Shown here: in pieces, positions 60,797-64,000 of the stretch | How positions within the stretch are numbered: the stretch's first letter is position 1 | How the letters are laid out: every line of letters begins with the position of its first letter | Assembly: GCA_010909165.1 (NCBI GenBank) | Contig: MU008160.1 | Location: 1,674,001-1,738,000 of the forward strand | Origin: Anthoceros angustus | Lineage: Eukaryota > Plantae > Anthocerotophyta | Length of the DNA stretch: 64,000 nt | Direction of reading: 5' to 3' | Translations under genes and position numbers: made by a program | The notes under the pieces: model-generated | The model's input: only the letters and a program-made list of their open reading frames with translations | Databases searched by the model: none | Told to the model about the DNA's origin: nothing

Positions 60797-63700
60797 TCAG
60801 ACTCGCCTGTTGTAGGACAACTTGCTGCTGCACTCCAACGTCCACCGCCTCTGCCCTTTGCTGCTCGGTTTGGTAAAATTTGATGTCACCGGCTTCTCCA
60901 GCTTCTCGTTCCTGGTGAAGCTGCTTCTCACGTTCTCAGCTGCAGTGGGAAACTCCCTCTGGTCTGGTCTCACCGAGAAGCCTGTTTGAAAGTGTCTCAA
61001 GGAGCTGCTTCTGGACGTCCGCATCGATGGCTTGCTCGCATCCGCAACGGGAGCCTGAAACTGCTCGGCCATGTTGTGGTGCTGAGATCTGAGGACTCCT
61101 TCATCTGACGAGTGTCGGACTCTATGTTGAGGTTTTGCGTCCAAGCCTGCAGCATTCGTCTTGCCGGGAGACGGAAGGATGTTCTCTCTGATCCTTTGCC
61201 AGTGCTTGGATTGTGGGTCCAGACTGACTCTCCTCTCAGTTTCGATGGTGTGCCTTCTTTCCAGCTTCACCACAGAGCTGCTGGCGGCGCTGAGATTCAG
61301 GTCTGTGAATTTGCACCCGAAAGCCTTCCTGAGATGGGTTGCGCTCTTCTCTTCGATCTTGAGCACTCTGTCCCCGGTGCCTGCAAGCAGTGTGTCGAAG
61401 TCCTCTGATCCAAACCGATGCTTCCTCCGGCTGCTGGCGGTGGGAGTCATGAACCTTGGGAGAGATGCAGGAGTCATTACTGCTCTGGCTGCTGGCACAG
61501 TTCTCGCATGCGACTCGGGTTCGGCTATGGCGGCCAAGGAAGTCCTCACTCTGATAGGCGGGGGAGCCCTGGGAGTCTCAGGGATGGCTTCAGCTTCGAT
61601 GGGAGTGGCAGGTCGGGGCTCCTCGTGCTCCGACACAGCCTCTGCACCGATCTGTTCCGGACTAGCCTCAATTTCCTCTTCTTGCTCAAGTGCGGCAGCG
61701 ATTTCCTGACTGGCCAACAGTTCTCGCAATTCCTGCTCTTCCTTCAGCTTTGCGGCAGCTTCCTGCCTCGCCAGCTCCTCCTCTTCTACCCTGCGTTCCG
61801 CAGCTGCTACTTCCTTCGCTGCTCGGTCGTGGTTCTCTTGAATCTTGGCCTCGACTTTCTGGATCCTTTCACTGATCTTCTGGCACTCACTCTGGTAAGA
61901 CTTGATTTGCTTCAGCAGTGCAGCCATGGCTGCTTCTTTCTCTTCCTTCTCGGCCTGGAGAGGTGGAGCACAAGGTCTGGTGAGCAAATTTCACTCCATT
62001 TTAAAAGCAAGACTGGATGCCCAATTCAGCATTGTGCTTACCGCAGTGAGCTCCCTTCCCAGATTGACACCCTTGGCTCTCTTGCCGAAAGCCAGAGAGC
62101 AAGCAGTCTCACCCAGATCATCTTGCTTCGGACTCACATGCACCAACATAATGGTTTTGGAGTCCTCGCCTGCAATTTCTTCAATATGTTAGTGCACATA
62201 ACAGAGCTGGGAAAGGGCTGCGTCGACATCATGGGCTCGATGGACCAGCAGACTCACCCAAGGAATCCTGAAGAATTTGCGTCAGTTTGCTATTCCTGCG
62301 TGCAGTACAGAACGAAAGCTTCAACAGGCAAGTTTTTGATTCTTCCAGCGACTACACAAGCACAAGCAGCAGCAAGTCTGCTGCCAAGAACGAAGACCTG
62401 CCCCCATTCGAAGACCATACCTGAAGGGCACATGAGGCTGCTTCCTTTGCAGCGCACTGATCACGTCACAAAGTGCTGAGAGTGACATGTTGATGGACTT
62501 CCCTTCCTGCAGAGTCTGGCCCTTAGCTTGAGTCTTGAGCAGTCGCTCACTACCTCCCAGATCAATGAGCCACATCTTACTATTGGTCTTGCTGCCATCT
62601 GGATAGTTGCAGGTTATACTGATTCGCAGGAGGCTGCAACATGAGATACCCCAAAGTCAAGACACTCTGGCCCATGGCCTGCAATGCGAGACGAATATGT
62701 GACGAAAGACGATGCATCACAAGCTCACTCACCAATGAGACCTGCTGGAAGCCTCGTTGGCATTCGTCCAAGACGTGGATCTAGTCCGACTTCCGATGTG
62801 GTACAGCCTTTTTGCTTGCTGGAAATCGGAGACAGGAAGCTCCGACAGGTTCTCGACTTCGATGAACCCCGTCGGACCCATTTGAATTGACAGGCTGCGC
62901 ACAGGAAGGAACACCACACCGAAAGCGGTCATGTCCCATTCTAAAATTCAGCAGGTGCGTAACGCGTATGCAAGGAATGCGCATGCATGACGAGTCCTAC
63001 CACTTGGGAGGAGGGTCATTAATCCGGGTACGGCGAGGAACCAGCAGATCTCGCAAGGAGCCCATGTAGACTTCCAGCATGCTCAAGGAGTAGCTAAAAT
63101 GGGCGTCGCTCTCCTTGGACGCTTCGATGAAGAGCTGCTCCAATGTGCGAGGTACAACTCCCGGACAATCCTTGTTTCCCTCCTGGCATTCCAAAAGGCA
63201 ACCCAATCCATCAACATTCCTCACTCTCGCAGCAGGCATCAATCAACCTTCATCCCACCAGCACCAGCGACAACGCTAGCTACCCATACCATGGTGAAGG
63301 TCTTCCCAGTGCCAGTTTGCCCATACGCGAAAATGCACACATTGTGCCCATCCAGCGCCGACTGTATGATGGGCTGCACCTCGGAGAAGACATCATCTAG
63401 CAGCAAGACGGAGAACGAATCAAAACCAGCCCAGCCCAGGCTCTGCAACTTCCACCAGCCTGTCTCCGTCATGACACACCTGCCAGGAGACGTAGCTCAC
63501 TCACCTTGAGGTGCCACGGGATCAAACACTCTGTCAAATTGGAAGTCTTTGGCCACCTTCCCCGGCGCCGGGATGATGACCTTGTCAGCGTCAGGAGTGA
63601 CAAGAGGCCCAGTCCTAGCCCGACGTTCGTTGGGCAGTAGAGGCCTCACTCGACAAAAAACTCTGATATTCCCTGCAAACTCCACCGAATCCACTCCCAT

Positions 63701-64000
63701 CACCATACGCCCCATCCACCACCTCACCAGCAGCGAGGAAACAGACCGACCCTTCACCCACCTTTCAGATCCAGGTACCGGTTCAGGGTCGCCCTCCGCT
63801 TCACACTGGATGCGTTCAATGCTGCCCTCAACCTCCGAAGCTCAGCTGCAACAAGGAGGATAATGACGGTGAGCCCACAAAACCTGCATTTCCATTCCAC
63901 CAACCCAACAACCATCCCCGCGCTCCTTCGACAACCCACCTTCCAGCCGCTCGTTGGAGGCCGAGAACCCCTCGGACTCAGTTGGCGACAGCCCGCCCTC
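60797..64000 (-). CDS. Kinesin-14 family motor protein (5' end beyond the window)
   Basis: [12 protein letters not shown]|[89 protein letters not shown], then a long coiled-coil/disordered last exon. Confidence 0.95.

Noticed and set aside
61112-62479. Plus-strand ORFs of 353, 182 and 98 aa
   Set aside because: Antisense shadows of the kinesin exons, with no independent coding signal.

Overview
Eukaryotic nuclear DNA: gene-dense, about 50% GC, with short (mostly 80-250 nt) GT-AG introns. Gene content and PPR style point to a non-seed land plant, most like a hornwort (inference, not proven). About 1-42 kb is a compact gene block: two paralogous WIYLD + four-RRM genes, an orphan small membrane protein, a BtuF-like/asparagine-synthase-like fusion, RPL10A, a PLS-PPR pseudogene with an N-terminal OSB-type PDF motif, mitochondrial RPL20, SYP81, an importin-beta/transportin, an XRCC4 fragment, PIGN, a tRNA-Pro relic, a DnaJ-type zinc finger gene and ALG3. 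About 42.4-54.8 kb is a decayed Copia LTR element with TG..GA termini. Most of its interior is replaced by foreign sequence, and it has indel-rich internal duplications that may be partly assembly artefacts. The last 9 kb hold a trihelix/Myb relic, a six-exon gene for a bacterial/phage-type L,D-transpeptidase-like protein with a plastid-like presequence, and a kinesin-14 cut by the window end. Strongest leads: the L,D-transpeptidase-like gene, the BtuF-AsnB fusion and the WIYLD-RRM pair. Their exon models were built by hand with consistent splice phases. All family assignments come from motif recognition, not database searches.
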